A stretch of DNA of 64,000 bases. It comes from Cetorhinus maximus (taxonomy: Eukaryota). The position numbers and the translations under genes are program-made. The stretch is from NCBI RefSeq assembly GCF_964194155.1, contig NC_135879.1, forward strand, positions 213,466,001 through 213,530,000. The letters run 5' to 3'. Shown here piece by piece: positions 51,388 through 64,000 of the stretch; position 1 is the stretch's first letter; each line of letters opens with the position of its first letter. The notes beneath the pieces were generated by a model that searched no databases, was not told the origin of the DNA, and saw nothing but the letters and a program-made list of their open reading frames with translations.

Positions 51388-52250
51388 TACGAACATACAT
51401 ACAAACATATGAATCGTGAGCAGGAGTAGGCCAGTCCGCCCCTCTAGCCTGCTCTGGCGTTCAATAAGATCGTGGCTGATCTGATTATAATCTCAACCCA
51501 AAATTCCTGCCTACCCCCGAGAACCTTTCACCCCCTTATTAATGAAGAATCTAGCTAGCTGTGCCTTAAAAATACTCAAAGACACTCTTCCTCAAAAGAT
51601 GGCGGAAGCAGAGTTCCAAAGACACACTCCTCTGGGAGGAAAAAATATCTTCTCACCTGTCTTAAATGAGCGACCCTTATTTTTAAAACTGTGACCCCAC
51701 TAGTTCTAGATTCTCCCACAAGAGGAAACATCCTCTCCACATCCATCCTGTCGAAACCCCTCAGGATCTTAAAGGTTTCAATAAAGTCACCTCTTACTCT
51801 TCTAAACTTGGGTGGATATAAGCCAAACCTGTCCAACCTTTCCTCAAAGACAACCTGACCATTCCTGGTATTAGTCTAGTAAACCTTCTCTGAACTGCTT
51901 CCAACACATTTACATCTTTCCTTAAATAAGGAAACCAATACTGTACACAGTGCTCCAGATATGGTCTCACCAATGGCCTGTACACTGAAACACAACCTCC
52001 CTACTTTTGTAATCAATCCCCCTCAAATAATAGCGTTCTATTAGCTTTCCTAATTACTTGCTGTATCTGCATACTAGCCTTTTGAGATTCATGCACTAGG
52101 GCACCCAAATCCCTCTGAATCTATGAGCTCTGCAATCTCTTACCATTTATATAATATGCTATTTTTTATTCTTCCTGCCAAAATGGGCAATTTCACATTT
52201 GCCCACATTATACTCCATTTGCCAGATCTTTGCCAACTCACTTACCTGAA
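51388..52250 (-). mobile_element. CR1 3' end (same subfamily as 5321-6022)
   Basis: LVRPYLEHCVQYW; gaacatacatacaaacatatgaa tail. Confidence 0.9.
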
Positions 52251-52956
52251 AGGTCTTTAATGTGCAGGGAAAATAGGAATTTAATAATTGTATCTGGTTG
52301 ACACATTATGAATACAAGAGATCGGGGTAAACAAATACTTATGTAATTGAAAATGATTAGTAATTGAAAAAGATTGTAACCTCAAAACCTTTTCCATTTT
52401 CTTAGATATGTTAATGAATCTTGGATAAGCTAGGTCTGACTGATCACTTGCAACTAGTTATATTCTCTTTGGTCAGGTTAATATTGATATAGCTAGTCTA
52501 TTAAATAGGGTTGCAAATTGCAGGTAAAACTTTTAAGAAAATGAAATACCAAGAAGAAATATGTAGCCAATTAAAGCCAAAGATGAGATTTGAATTTAAC
52601 TGGTACTAGGTTTTTGAAGAAAAACAGTCTAACGCTAGTATAATGACATCCAGGCTAATTTTACCCCTGAGAATATTCGTACTGTCTGGGGAAAAAAATG
52701 GACTTATGATTTGATATCTCCAGCACGTGATGTTCTGAGAGTGTTCTGTGATTGCAGTAAAGTACTGTATAATGTGAGAAGTTTAATTGCTTCTCTCTCT
52801 TCCCCCCTGCCCCCCCTCCCCCAAATTCCCTGGCCACTTCACCTATACCAATAACCCACAAGATGGTAGTAAGTGGTCAGTTACTTAATTTTCTTTGGTA
52901 AATTATATGTTAAATCTGATTTATTTCAATAATAACCCTAATGCTATTACTTCTAA

Positions 52957-53229
<273 letters not shown>

Positions 53230-53271
53230 TAATTTTGAAAATTTGAATTTAATCTTATCCCTTCTCCCGCT

Positions 53272-54205
53272 TTTTATTCTTTGATGAGATCCATGTTGCT
53301 GGCAAGGCCAACATTTGTTTGTTACACTTGAGCAGGTGGTGGGGGGCCTCCACCTTGAACCATTGCAGTCTATCTGGCGTAGGTACAGTGTTAGGAAGGA
53401 AATTCCAGGATTTTTACCCAGCGATATTGAAGGAATGGTGGCATAGAATAGTGTGTGGCTTGGAGGAGAAATTGCAGGTGGTGGACCTCCCATGTGTCTG
53501 CTGCCCTTGTGCTTTTAGTTGGTAGAGGCCGTGGGTTTGGAAGGTGCTGTCAAAGGAGCCTTAACGAGTTGCTGCAGTGCATCTTGTATATAGTACACAC
53601 TTTTGCCACTCTGTGTCAGTGGTTGGTGGGGGGGATGAATGGTGAAGGTGTTGGATGGGATGCCAGTCAAGTGGGTTGCTTTACCCTGGATGGTGTTGAG
53701 CTTCTTGAGTGTTGGAGCTGCACTCATCCAGGCAAGTGGTGAGTATTCTGTCACCTTCCTGACTTGTGCCTTGTGGACAGGCTTTGGGGAGTCAGAAGGT
53801 GAGTTACTGACCTCAGAATTCCCAGCCTCTTACCTGCTCTTGTAGCGATGTATTTATATGGCTGTCCCAGTTGCATTTCTAGTCAATGATAACTCCCAGG
53901 ATGTTGTTAGTGCGGGATTCAGCAATGATAATGTTGTTGAACATCAAAGGGCGATGGTTAGATTCTCTCTTGTTGGAGATGGTCATTGCCAGGCATTTCT
54001 GTAGCGTAAATGTTACTTGCCATTTATCAGCTGAATGTTGTTCAGGTCTTGCTGCATATGGGCATGGACTGCTTCAGTATCTGAAGAGTTGCAAATGGTG
54101 CTGAACGTTGTGGAAGCATCTGTGAACATCCCCATTTCTGACCTTATGATGGAGGGAAGGTCATTGAAAAGGCTAAAGATGGTTGGGCCTATGACACCAC
54201 CCTGA
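53272..54205 (-). mobile_element. LINE family B 3' portion
   Basis: EYSPLAWMSAAP motif; tail begins ~75 nt after the exon 4 donor. Confidence 0.88.
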
Positions 54206-55426
54206 TATCTTGCTGCATGTGGACACAGACAGCTTCTCTACATAGCCGAGTGGTTTACTTTGACTGTGAAGCCCAAGTGGGCAAACATAACTATTAAATA
54301 GGGGTTTTTTAAATTAGTTTGTTAAAATGTGAGCATCAAGGATACTACGCTTTATGTGGAACACTCCTTGAAATCCCTGGTGGAAAAGTTATGACAACTT
54401 CAACATTTCCGTGCACTTCTAGGTTGCTAAAGGAGAATTTGCTGCAGTGTTGAAGATCTTTCCTCATTGGATATCCCTGGACCATTTGTCTGTGCATTCC
54501 ACTACTGTAAGATGTAGCTGCAATCTGAGTGTTTGCATTTTGAAAACTTTTGCATTTGTGTGAAAACACATTTTTCCATGAGCTTTTAATGGAATGCAGA
54601 AGCCAATTTAAATACTGCATTGTGTGCATTAAGGAGTTCGTTGTGGCAGCCATGTGAATTGCCTCCAGTGTTCACTCTGCATCTGGAGTATTAGCATATG
54701 CTTGGCTTCTTGCAGCTTATTGCCACCTGCCAGCTGGAGCCAACAATGTTGCCAGACAAGCCTCTTATGATATATAAGCCACAAGAAATAGTCAATGAAG
54801 GCTAGTGATGTTCTGATACTATTGACACCCTCCAGACTAATGGCGCCTACTCGGTTAGACACCTTTCAGACCAGAGTAACCTTTAGCCTAGTCTAGAATC
54901 TTCACTCATTGCTAGGACTTGTAACATTGATTCATTTCTCAGAATCTTGTTACTGATGTAAGGGTGTCTTAAAGAGAGCAAGAATGCATTCAGAGAGGCT
55001 TCCCATTGAAAAATGCTTATTTGTAAGCATTTAAATGAATAGTTTGGTTGCCTTTGGGGTTTTAATTTGCTGGTGATGAGCAGGATTCAGCATTGTCTGT
55101 TTTTTAAGGTCCAGTGCATTTTGTTACATGCCTTTACATCTTGAAGATGAGACTCTTCCAAGCCTTCAGTGCATGCATTGAACCATTTAGAGCTGGTAGG
55201 TATTTCTAAGGCTAACTCTTAAGGTTTTCACAGGAATGGTGAAACTCCCAGTTATTCCTGAGTTGCAAGAATTTGAGGTGGAAGATTTCTAGGGATGTTT
55301 TTATATCATTAGTATAAATGTGAAGGATGGATATATTTGTACCCTGCATTATGCTGTAACTGTGGTCCCTTGCACAATTTGAAAAATGTTAAAGCCTCAG
55401 AACAGTGTTTTTCAGTGTATTTATGA

Positions 55427-55594
<168 letters not shown>

Positions 55595-55651
55595 TAACCA
55601 GCAGTGGAATTAATTGGTTTATCTGTTTTAGCCATCTTGCTTCAACATAAT

Positions 55652-55692
55652 GGTGGGGTGGGGGGTGGGGGTTGGGTGGGGGTGGGGGGAGG
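55652..55692 (+). repeat. G-run tract (potential G-quadruplex)
   Basis: Six runs of three or more G. Confidence 0.75.
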
Positions 55693-56301
55693 TCAAAGCG
55701 AGCACAAAATATTGTATCACAGCAATCCAGTTATTGGAATTTGTAAATTCTGTTCTATAAAATTATATTGGTATTTGTCCATAGTGTATTATTCATGAGG
55801 CAGTTGATATGGCTTTAGAAAGAACAGGTCTTGTCTCTCAAAAATGAATAATGTTACTGGTAAAATAGATGGATCCAAATTGATTTTAAACAACAGAAAA
55901 CAGGTGGTGAGGTGTTTAACAGGGTTGTACTTTTATTCTTTTGTTCTCTGTCCATAAGCGTTAGGGATGTGGATGTGAATCATGTTATAAAATTTGATCT
56001 TTGACAAATGATGCGATTATGCCCCTAATAGAGGCGAGATAGAAAATACTAAACAAGGAGAAGTTATCTAGATGTGATAAATGAGAAGAAGTGCCAGATG
56101 ATATATTGTTAGTAAATTGAACTTTATACTGAATGGATGGGTTTCTGTTGATGTGAAGGAGAAAATAGAAGATTTGGGTGAGACTGAGGCATTGTTGGAC
56201 CAGAGTTGTCACCCAATGAACTTATCACGTAGGCCTAATGTGCAATGCTGTGCTTGACACCGAAAATGTTCCTCTAAATTTGCAATGAACTAGTGTGTAA
56301 G

Positions 56302-57560
56302 GAATCATAAAATGGTTACAGCACAGAAGGATGCCATTTGACCCATCGTGTCCATGCCAATTCTCTGCAAGAGCAGTTCAACTAGTTACACTCATTAATC
56401 CTTTCCCCTCAGCCCTGCAAATCTTTCTCTCTCTGGTTGCTTATCTAATTCCCCTTGAAAGCCAAGATTGAATTCACTTCCACAACACTCTAGCAGTGCA
56501 TTCCTGGTTATAATCAGTCACTGGGTTTGGTGGGGGGGAAAAACAGTTTTCCTCATGTCACCGTTGGTTCTTTTGCTAATCACCTTACATCGGTGGCCTC
56601 TGGTTCTTGCCCCTTTTGCCATTGGGAGCAGTTTATCTCTCTCTATTCTGTTTCGACCCCTCATGATTTTGAATGCCATTATCTGAACCTTCTCTAAGGA
56701 GAACAACTGCACATCCTTCAATTTATCAACTTAACTGAAGTCCTTTATCCCTGGAACCATTCTCCTGAATCTTTTGTGCACCTTCTCGAAAGGCTTCACG
56801 TCCTTCCTGAATTGCAGTGCCCAGAATTGGACTAAGTATTCCAATTGATGCCAAATCAGCATTTTATAAATGTTCTTCATAACTTCCTTGCTTTTGTACT
56901 CCATCTCGTGCACCCCTATAACTACTATCTCAGCCTGCCCTCTCTCGCCTTCAATGACATGTGTACATGTACCCCAGGCCTATCTGTTCCTGGGTCCGTT
57001 TTAGAATTGCACCCTTAAGTTTATATTTCCTCAACTTGCTCTTCCTACCAAAATGTATCACCTAGCCCCCCTCTGTATTAAATTTCATTTGCTACGTGTT
57101 GCTCATTCTGCTGTCCTGTCTGTTGCCTTAAAAACTATCACTATACTCAATACTCACAATACTTCCATTTTTTTTAAAACCTCAAACAAGTTAGTTAAAC
57201 ACTATTTGCCTTTGACAAATTCATGTTGGCTTTCCTGACTTGAATCGTATTTGTCCAAGTTGACCTGTTAATTTTGCCTTGGATTATCTTTTCTCAAAGC
57301 TTTGCCACCATCAAAGTTAAACTGACTGGGCTGCAGTTACTGAGTGCGTCCTTGTACTTTTTTTGTTTTGAACAATAACGTAACATTTGCAGTTCTGAAG
57401 TCCTCTGGCACCACCCCATGTGTCTAAGGAGGATTGGAAGACTGTGGCCAGTATTTCTGGAATTTCCACATTTACGTCCCTCAGCATTTTTTGATGTATC
57501 CCCTCTGATCCTGGTGACTTTTCAACTTTAAGTGTAGCCAGCCTCTCTGATTCCTTACCA
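56302..57560 (-). mobile_element. CR1 fragments
   Basis: EKSPGSEGIH and LEYLVQFW motifs plus the 3' UTR. Confidence 0.85.
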
Positions 57561-57564
57561 TCTC

Positions 57565-57601
57565 CACACACACACACACACACACACCCACACACACACA
57601 C
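57565..57601. repeat. (CA)n microsatellite, one interruption
   Basis: Seen directly. Confidence 0.9.
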
Positions 57602-57614
57602 CCTCCCACCTTTC

Positions 57615-57772
57615 ACAGGATATGGGCATCGGTGGCTAGGCTAGTATTTGTTGCCCATCCTAATTGCCATGAGGTGGCGGCAGCGAGCCACCGCCTTGAA
57701 CCACTGCAATCCATATGGCGTAGGTACACCCACGGAGCTGTTAGGTAGGGAGTTCCAGGATTTTGACCCAAT
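57615..57772 (-). mobile_element. LINE family B tail
   Basis: GSKSWNSLPNSSVGVPTP motif. Confidence 0.8.
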
Positions 57773-58020
57773 TTTGGAACAACTTTGACAGCATCTGTTG
57801 CAATCTCCGTAGAGACCCATAACCTTAAAAAAAATCAAACTTCCAGTTGACCTGACAAAATTTCCTGTGATAAATCCAGTTAATATATAAAACAAATTAA
57901 ATAAACATCAGAAATACTGGTGAAAATGCAGTTGTAAATTGACCCTATTACTGCAAGTGGATTTGATCACTTCAATAATTTGGCTTTATGGCTAGGATGA
58001 CATCTGTCTCATTTTAATAG

Positions 58021-58095
58021 AAACACCACCACCTGGCTATATCAGTGAAGATGGGGAGACAAGTGATCAACAAATGAACCAAAGTATGGATACAG
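58021..58095 (+). CDS. SMAD2: SMAD2 exon 6 equivalent (linker, PY motif)
   Basis: aatag|AA...ACAG|gtgagt; 75 nt. Translates (E)[24 protein letters not shown], with the PPxY motif and the TP phosphosite. Confidence 0.97.
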
Positions 58096-58549
58096 GTGAG
58101 TTTTTTTTTCTTGAAGAGCATGTGGTATATTGGTGAATTTACATTGAATCGTGGAACTTTTAATTGGTTTGCTGTTGGAATAGGATTTTGTATAGAGGAA
58201 GCTAGAGACTGATGTACTGTTAACTTTAAAGAAAATGTTTTGACTAATTCAATAACTTATTTGGCGCTCTGAAAGCAAGATTAGCATTAAATGGCACAGA
58301 TTTTTTTGCTAACAAGAAATTTATACTGAAAGTGAAGGAATTTCAACCTATAAATTACACATTTAGAATGAGCATTTTTTTTGCTCGCTTCAGAGTGAAT
58401 GCAAAAGAGGAGCTTATAGTACAAACTGAGGAAAATTTAGCTTAAAATCCTCAAATGCAATCTATAATGAATAGCAAAGCAATACATTAATTGTATATTC
58501 TGTGCAATTGCTTTTTTTAAATAAAGAAGTCACTTATTTATTTCTTTAG

Positions 58550-58603
58550 GGTCTCCTGCAGAAATGTCACCAAGTACCTTGTCGCCAGTCAATCATAGCT
58601 TGG
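58550..58603 (+). CDS. SMAD2: SMAD2 exon 7 equivalent (linker SP phosphosites)
   Basis: tttag|GG...TTGG|gtaagt; 54 nt. Translates (G)SPAEMSPSTLSPVNHSL with three SP sites. Confidence 0.97.
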
Positions 58604-58657
58604 GTAAGTGGACATTCTTTAAAAAAAGCTTTGTATTAAAAAGAGTTATTAACTTGG

Positions 58658-59800
58658 TTTTTTTTTACTTGTTCTTGGGTTGGGAGCATTGCTGGCAAAA
58701 CCAGCACTTATTGAGCATTCCTAATTGCCCATGGAAGTAGGTGAGCTGCCTGCTTGAACTGCTGTTGTCCATGTGTTGTAAGTACGCCTACAGTACTGTT
58801 AAAGGAGGGAGTTCCAGGATGTTGTCCGAGCAGCAATAAAGGAAAAGCGATGTAAGTTCCAAATCAGGATGGTGCGAGACCTGGACAGCAATTGCAGATG
58901 ATGGTGTTCCCATGTGTCTGCTGCCTATGGTCTTTCTGGATGGTAGAAGTCACGTGATTGGAAGGTGCTTTCGAATGAGTCTTTGTAAGTTGTTGCACTG
59001 AATCTTGTAGATGGTACACGCTGCTGCCACTTTACGTTGGCGGTGGAAGAGTGAATGTTTAATGTGGTGGATGGGGTGCCAGTCAAGCAGGCTGCTTTGC
59101 CCTGAATGGTGTTGAACTTCTTTGGTATTGTTGGAGCCGCACTCATCCAGGCAAGCGGAGAGTATTCAATCGCACTCTTGACTTGTAGATGGTTGACAGG
59201 TTTTGGGGAGCCAGGAGGTTACTCATTGCAGAAATGCCAGCCTCTGCTCTGTTTCTTTAGCCACAGTATTAATACGGCTGATCCAGTTCACTTTCTGGTC
59301 AGTGGTAATTCCCAGGATATTGATTGTGGGATTTCAGTGATGATAGTGTTGTTGAACAAGGGGAAGTAGTTGGATTATCTCTTATTGGAGATGGTAATTG
59401 CCTGGCACTTGTGTGGCACAAATGTCAATTGTTATGTATCAGCCCATGCCTGGATGTTGTCCAGGTCTTGCTGCATGTGGGCAGTACCTGTTCAGTTACA
59501 AATAGTATTGAACGATGTGCAATCATCAGCAAACTCTGCAACTTCTGACCTTATGATGAAGGGAAGGTCATTGAAGCAGCTGAAGATGGTTGGGCCTAGG
59601 ACACTACTGTGTCACTCCTGCAGTGATCTCCTGGGGCTGAGATGATGGCCTCCAACAATCACAACCAGCTTACTTTGTGCTATGTATGATTCTAGCCAGT
59701 GGAGAATTTTCCCTCTGATTCCCTTTAACTTCAGTTTTGTTGGACTCCTTGACGCCACATTGGGTCAAATGTTGACTTGGATGTTAAGAGCAGTCACACC
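58658..59800 (-). mobile_element. LINE family B 3' portion
   Basis: Reverse-complement homology to ~460-1610. Confidence 0.87.
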
Positions 59801-59947
59801 CCCTTTACCAGAGGTTAAAATACATCCACATCTTGGTCATCATGTAACTGCTTGGGTTGTAATTATTTGAACCACTGGAATTATGTGAAGTCTTTGTCAT
59901 GAAAATGAACGATCAATGAAAAGGAGAGATTGATGAATCTTGACTGA

Positions 59948-60046
59948 GGCTCTGAAGAAGTCATATGGGCTCAGTGTTAACTGTTTCTCACTCCACAGAT
60001 GCTGCCAGATCTGCTGAGTTTTTCCAGAATTTTCTGTTTTTATTTG
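59948..60046 (+). mobile_element. PLE terminal repeat fragment
   Basis: ctgaagaagtc..gttaactgtttctc..gctgccagatctgctgagtttttccag. Confidence 0.7.
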
Positions 60047-60519
60047 ATTGGTGAAACTTCAGTCTCAAATACTACAAAGTATTCATTGGCATATAATATC
60101 ATCCAGAAATAATCTATTTTCAATAAATGTAAGATCTCTAAGGTCCAATTAGCAACACAAGTTTTGGTTCAAAAATAAGCTCAATATATTGCATCTCCGT
60201 TGTATAACATCTTTGAACTCCTAGAAAACTCTTGCTCCTGTGCGAGGTCTATCATTCTATACTCATGACGACTGCATAGATTCTTTGGTGGTGTTGCCTG
60301 GCTGTAGAAGACCACAAGTTGTAGCTGGTTTAAGAAAAAGAGCTGTCCTGCTAAAATTTAGCCTAAGGAGAGCTTCAGTGGCGTAAATTGATGTGCCTAT
60401 ATACCGTACCCAACCTGATCTCTTGGATAAGGGCGTGGGAGGGAATTTTGGAATCTATATTTAAAGATGAAATTACAAAATATCCATCTAGATAAACAGA
60501 AAATATTAAAAGTTTCCAA

Positions 60520-61035
60520 TGCAGAGTATTGAGAAAGGGCAGCTATGCTTCATCAACCTAATGGAGTTCTTTTGACACTAGTGATATGATGGAAATGCAC
60601 TATGTATTGAATGTGGATTTTAGGCAAGCTCCAACAAGGTAGCATACGTGATATAGGTTAATAGGTATGAAAAATAGGGGGCGTTTAAAAGAAATTGTTT
60701 CCTTGTTTCTAACTGGTTTTTAAATCCATTGATAACCTGGCATATGCAATTTCTGAGGCTAATTAGAAGTGCTTCACACAGTTCTGTTCGAGGGTCCCTT
60801 TTCGCTGTTGCATCATGAATTTGGATATTGGATGCGAGGGAATGGCCCAAATTTGCAAGTGCTCGTAAAATAGGGGCATTTATAAATAATTCTGAGAGCA
60901 AAAGGAAACAGTATTTTTCTAAAATGGAGAAATGGACAAAGCAGTTGCAGGTGGAATTCAATGCCAATAATTGTGTTTTTTTTTTGCTTAAAGATTAATT
61001 TTACATTGGAGAAAGGCTAGGTGATGTGGAAGTGA
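60520..61035 (+). mobile_element. Old CR1 RT fragment
   Basis: Degenerate NLMEFF, DFRQA and W..QLQVEFN motifs. Confidence 0.5.
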
Positions 61036-61264
61036 AAAAGACAGGTCATAAAAACAGCACCTCATGGAAAAGTTCTGTTTGTTATACATAGGTTTGTGTA
61101 CAAGTTTTGTCCTTTATGATCCATTTATCATTCGATAGGCACTTTCTCCCAAGTCAAGTTAAGCTCGCTCTTGTTCCCATTTGGAACTTTAATTTAGGTC
61201 AGTTTACCCACTAGATATTAATTGAAAAGTGAGCAATAGATTAGTCTTGAATGATTAGTGAACT

Positions 61265-61712
61265 GTAGAAGCAACAAAGAACTTGCATTGAAATGGTGCT
61301 TTTCGCAACTGTAGGATGAATCTAAATTTGCTTCACAGCCAATGAAGTACTATTGAAGTGCAGTTAACAGTTGTAATGGAGCAGAATTTGAAGCCAGTTT
61401 GTGCATTGCACAATGGAGATAAATAGTCAGCCAATCTGATTTGGTGTTTTAAGAGGCAAGCATTGGCCAGGACACTGGGAGAATTGTCTGTTCTTCAAAT
61501 AATGCCACGAACATTCAAGGCCACCTCAAAGGACAGTTGGGACCTTGGTTTTACATCTCAACTAAAAGATGGCACCTTAGACAAATGACCAACACTCCTT
61601 TAGTATTGCACTGAAGTGTCTACCCAGATTATATGCTGAAGTCTCAAGAGTGGTTTTGAACTTGTGCACTCCTGACTCAGGTGAGCGTGCTACCTCTAAG
61701 CAAATCTGACAT
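61265..61712 (-). mobile_element. DeuSINE-like SINE, near full length
   Basis: Tail aagaacttgcat..cacagccaatgaagtac; core ttggccaggacactgggagaa..aaagatggcacct; tRNA-like head. Confidence 0.75.
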
Positions 61713-62235
61713 GGTGGATGATTCCCTTCATTTATGCTATTCAGCTTAGCTGATTTTCAATTCACCTGTACGTATGTGGGTCAGATGTTGGCCCCTACTT
61801 TGATCACCTGAAAGCACTAGATTTAAAGTACCATTTAGCACATCTTATCACTACTTTGTTAATATTTTGTAACAATGTTTTATGACAGTCAATTAAACTG
61901 GTTGCAGTGGCATGTTGGTATGTATGAGTGTGTCCTGTTTGCTAGTTAGATTAATTTGGCTTTGCTTTAAGACAGATGCTGCCTTGTACTGAACAGCCAC
62001 AATCCTATCCAAGCAGATAGATAAATGTAGTATGACAGGACTTGCCTATAATGTATGAAAAAAATTCTTGCGTCTGCATGTATTTGTTGTCTGCGCTGCA
62101 TGGTTTGTTGACATTTTTGTGTCTCATTCTGTCCAATTTTTCACGATTTCACAATTTTCTAATGTTTCATTTGGAACTTGTCACATTGTAATTACACATT
62201 CTGACCATGGTCGCATATGAATCAAATCCCTCAAG

Positions 62236-62284
62236 AACCTCTGTCTTCAGTCACCAAGTTGTTTTTCTTGAGCTAAAGCTTGAG
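62236..62284 (+). other. Candidate poison (premature-stop) cassette exon of SMAD2
   Basis: First AG after a 195-nt AG-free tract; branch-like TTCTAAT and TTCTGAC upstream; donor GAG|GTAAGT; TAA at 62274-62276 in frame with exon 7. No transcript evidence available. Confidence 0.45.
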
Positions 62285-62359
62285 GTAAGTAGCTTTTTTT
62301 AAAAAAAATTAAAAGTAGAAGTAAGATATATTTTACAAATAGTCAATTGGTTGTATAGA

Positions 62360-63225
62360 ACTTGGAGTATTGCTGAAAAAGGAGACCATGCTGTCTAAGC
62401 TTTTCATCTTGGACTCATCAGGTCAGATTCGCAAGAATACCAAATCTAAAGGGAACAGCAGTTTATACTGCATGAGGAGTGTGTGCTAATTGGCTGGCAA
62501 GAGGACTCTAATTGATAGAGGCATTGCCATGGAGAATGTACCAGGGAACAGTTAACTGCCAAGCTTTTGTTTAAATTCAAACCAGGCAGGCTGACTCTGG
62601 TCAAGGCATTGCCATGGGGAGTGAACCAGGGACTAGCTGTCCCTCAAGCTTTTGCTTAGTTGAAAAAGGTGCAAAGCATGGATATGCTCTTTGTTTGCAA
62701 AGGACAGGGCTCTAGAATATATGTAGCTTTTAGCAGATGTAAGTGAGCCATACTGCAAGTCTGACCATCTTAAATTGGTTGTCAGTGCAATTCTTAGCGC
62801 AGTCAGGATTGTTTGCAAGTGTTGACCAATCGCATGATCACATCTAACATTGGACACTGTTCTGAGTTTTGCAAGCACAGGCTGTTCGAATACAGTCAGT
62901 ACTTTGCCTGTTGCAAACAGCTGAAGAATCGTGCTGTTTGATTCGATCCATCATTTGTTTGAACATACAGCCTACGTAACTGGCATCACACTGGCACTGA
63001 AATTCATGTACCACATTACTCATTTATAAGAGGCAGAATGTTTTTTTGGCTTTATGGCAATGTCCTGTTATTGGAGAATACCACTTGTGTTGCTACTGCA
63101 CAATAACAGTGTGAAACAGCTGGCTTCACCTGTTGCTCAAATATTTGAGGCACCTGGCCCTTCCAGGGTAATTTGAGAGAGACTGGACACTTTTCAGGAC
63201 CAGAAGTGACAGTCCTTTTCAAGTA
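62360..63225 (-). mobile_element. Penelope-like element 3' end (GIY-YIG remnant plus hammerhead)
   Basis: GPEKCPVSLKLPWKG, VVHEFQCQCDASYVG and HAIGQHL; homologous to 36000-36395. Confidence 0.85.
62392..62425 (-). ncRNA. Minimal hammerhead ribozyme motif, second family
   Basis: Minus strand reads TGAC-CTGATGA-GTCCAAGAT-GAAA-AGCT-TA-GACA, with a palindromic helix III loop. Confidence 0.6.
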
Positions 63226-64000
63226 AGTGTTTTTACTAAATGTTTCTGTATACATTGTCCCCTATTGTCTGCCTTAATGCCCAAGCTCTAGTGTGAATGC
63301 TGTTATATTTTGGATTAGAACTGTCAAAAAAGACACTTCTCAGCATGGGCTTTATTGACGAGTTAAAGGTTCATCAGTACAACAGACAGTCTGTTTACAG
63401 ATTGACACTATCTTCAACAGATGAAAAAGAACAGACCATACTTTACTGATCCAAGAGTTAAGAAATGTCTGTTAACCAAACCAATTCTATCTTGCATGCA
63501 TGCTTCTAGAGATGTATTAATCGGGGATGTGCTCAAAACTGTACCTTAGGCCTTAGGCACATGTGATACAGGGTCATGTAATGGATACATGTGCCAAAGT
63601 TAAAAGCAATTCCATATGAGAAACTAATGAGTAAATAATATACCTTGTCTATAATTTGGTTAATGAGCAAATATATATCTACCTACAGTTAACAAAATCA
63701 GTACAATTTTATCCTGTTATCTTATCAAACAGAACTTCCTGCAGTTAATTACAGTTCAGTAAAGTAACTTTCTGACCATAAACAGTTAATTATTCAACCA
63801 AGTGAATTTTCGGATCAGAACCCTCGTTTTAATTCTGTATTGTTTCAGTATCTTGAATATATAGTCCAGTGTTATTTGTACATTTTACTACGTGAATTCT
63901 ATATTCCAAATTTTGGGACGTTTGGAAGTGGGAACTGACCCAATGATAATGCTGAAAAGAAAATGTATATACACAAGATCTGGAGAGCAACTTTGTTTCA

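Noticed and set aside
58604-64000. MH2 exon (DLQPVTYSEPAFW...)
   Set aside because: Not found; presumably downstream of the window.

Overview
Vertebrate genomic DNA, most likely a cartilaginous fish (shark). This is inferred from the mix of CR1 LINEs, DeuSINE-like SINEs and Penelope-like elements, not from a database match. The window is the interior of a + strand SMAD2 gene. Five coding exons match human exons 3-7 in sequence, length (90/194/135/75/54 nt) and phase, including the SMAD2-specific exon-3 insert. The first coding exon and the MH2 exons lie outside the window. Introns are filled with decayed, often nested retroelements: several CR1 subfamilies, a second CR1/L2-group LINE family ('family B'), L2 tails, SINEs and Penelope-like (PLE) remnants. 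Best leads: (1) a candidate poison exon in the intron after exon 7, with a 195-nt AG-free zone, branch points, two TGCATG motifs, a strong donor and an in-frame stop; (2) two families of minimal hammerhead ribozyme motifs in PLE terminal repeats, some in short fold-back insertions with 8-14 bp target-site duplications; (3) a candidate in-frame 75-nt alternative exon just upstream of exon 3. Exon coordinates were read base by base. Repeat boundaries are approximate (tens of bp), and family names come from motif recognition only.
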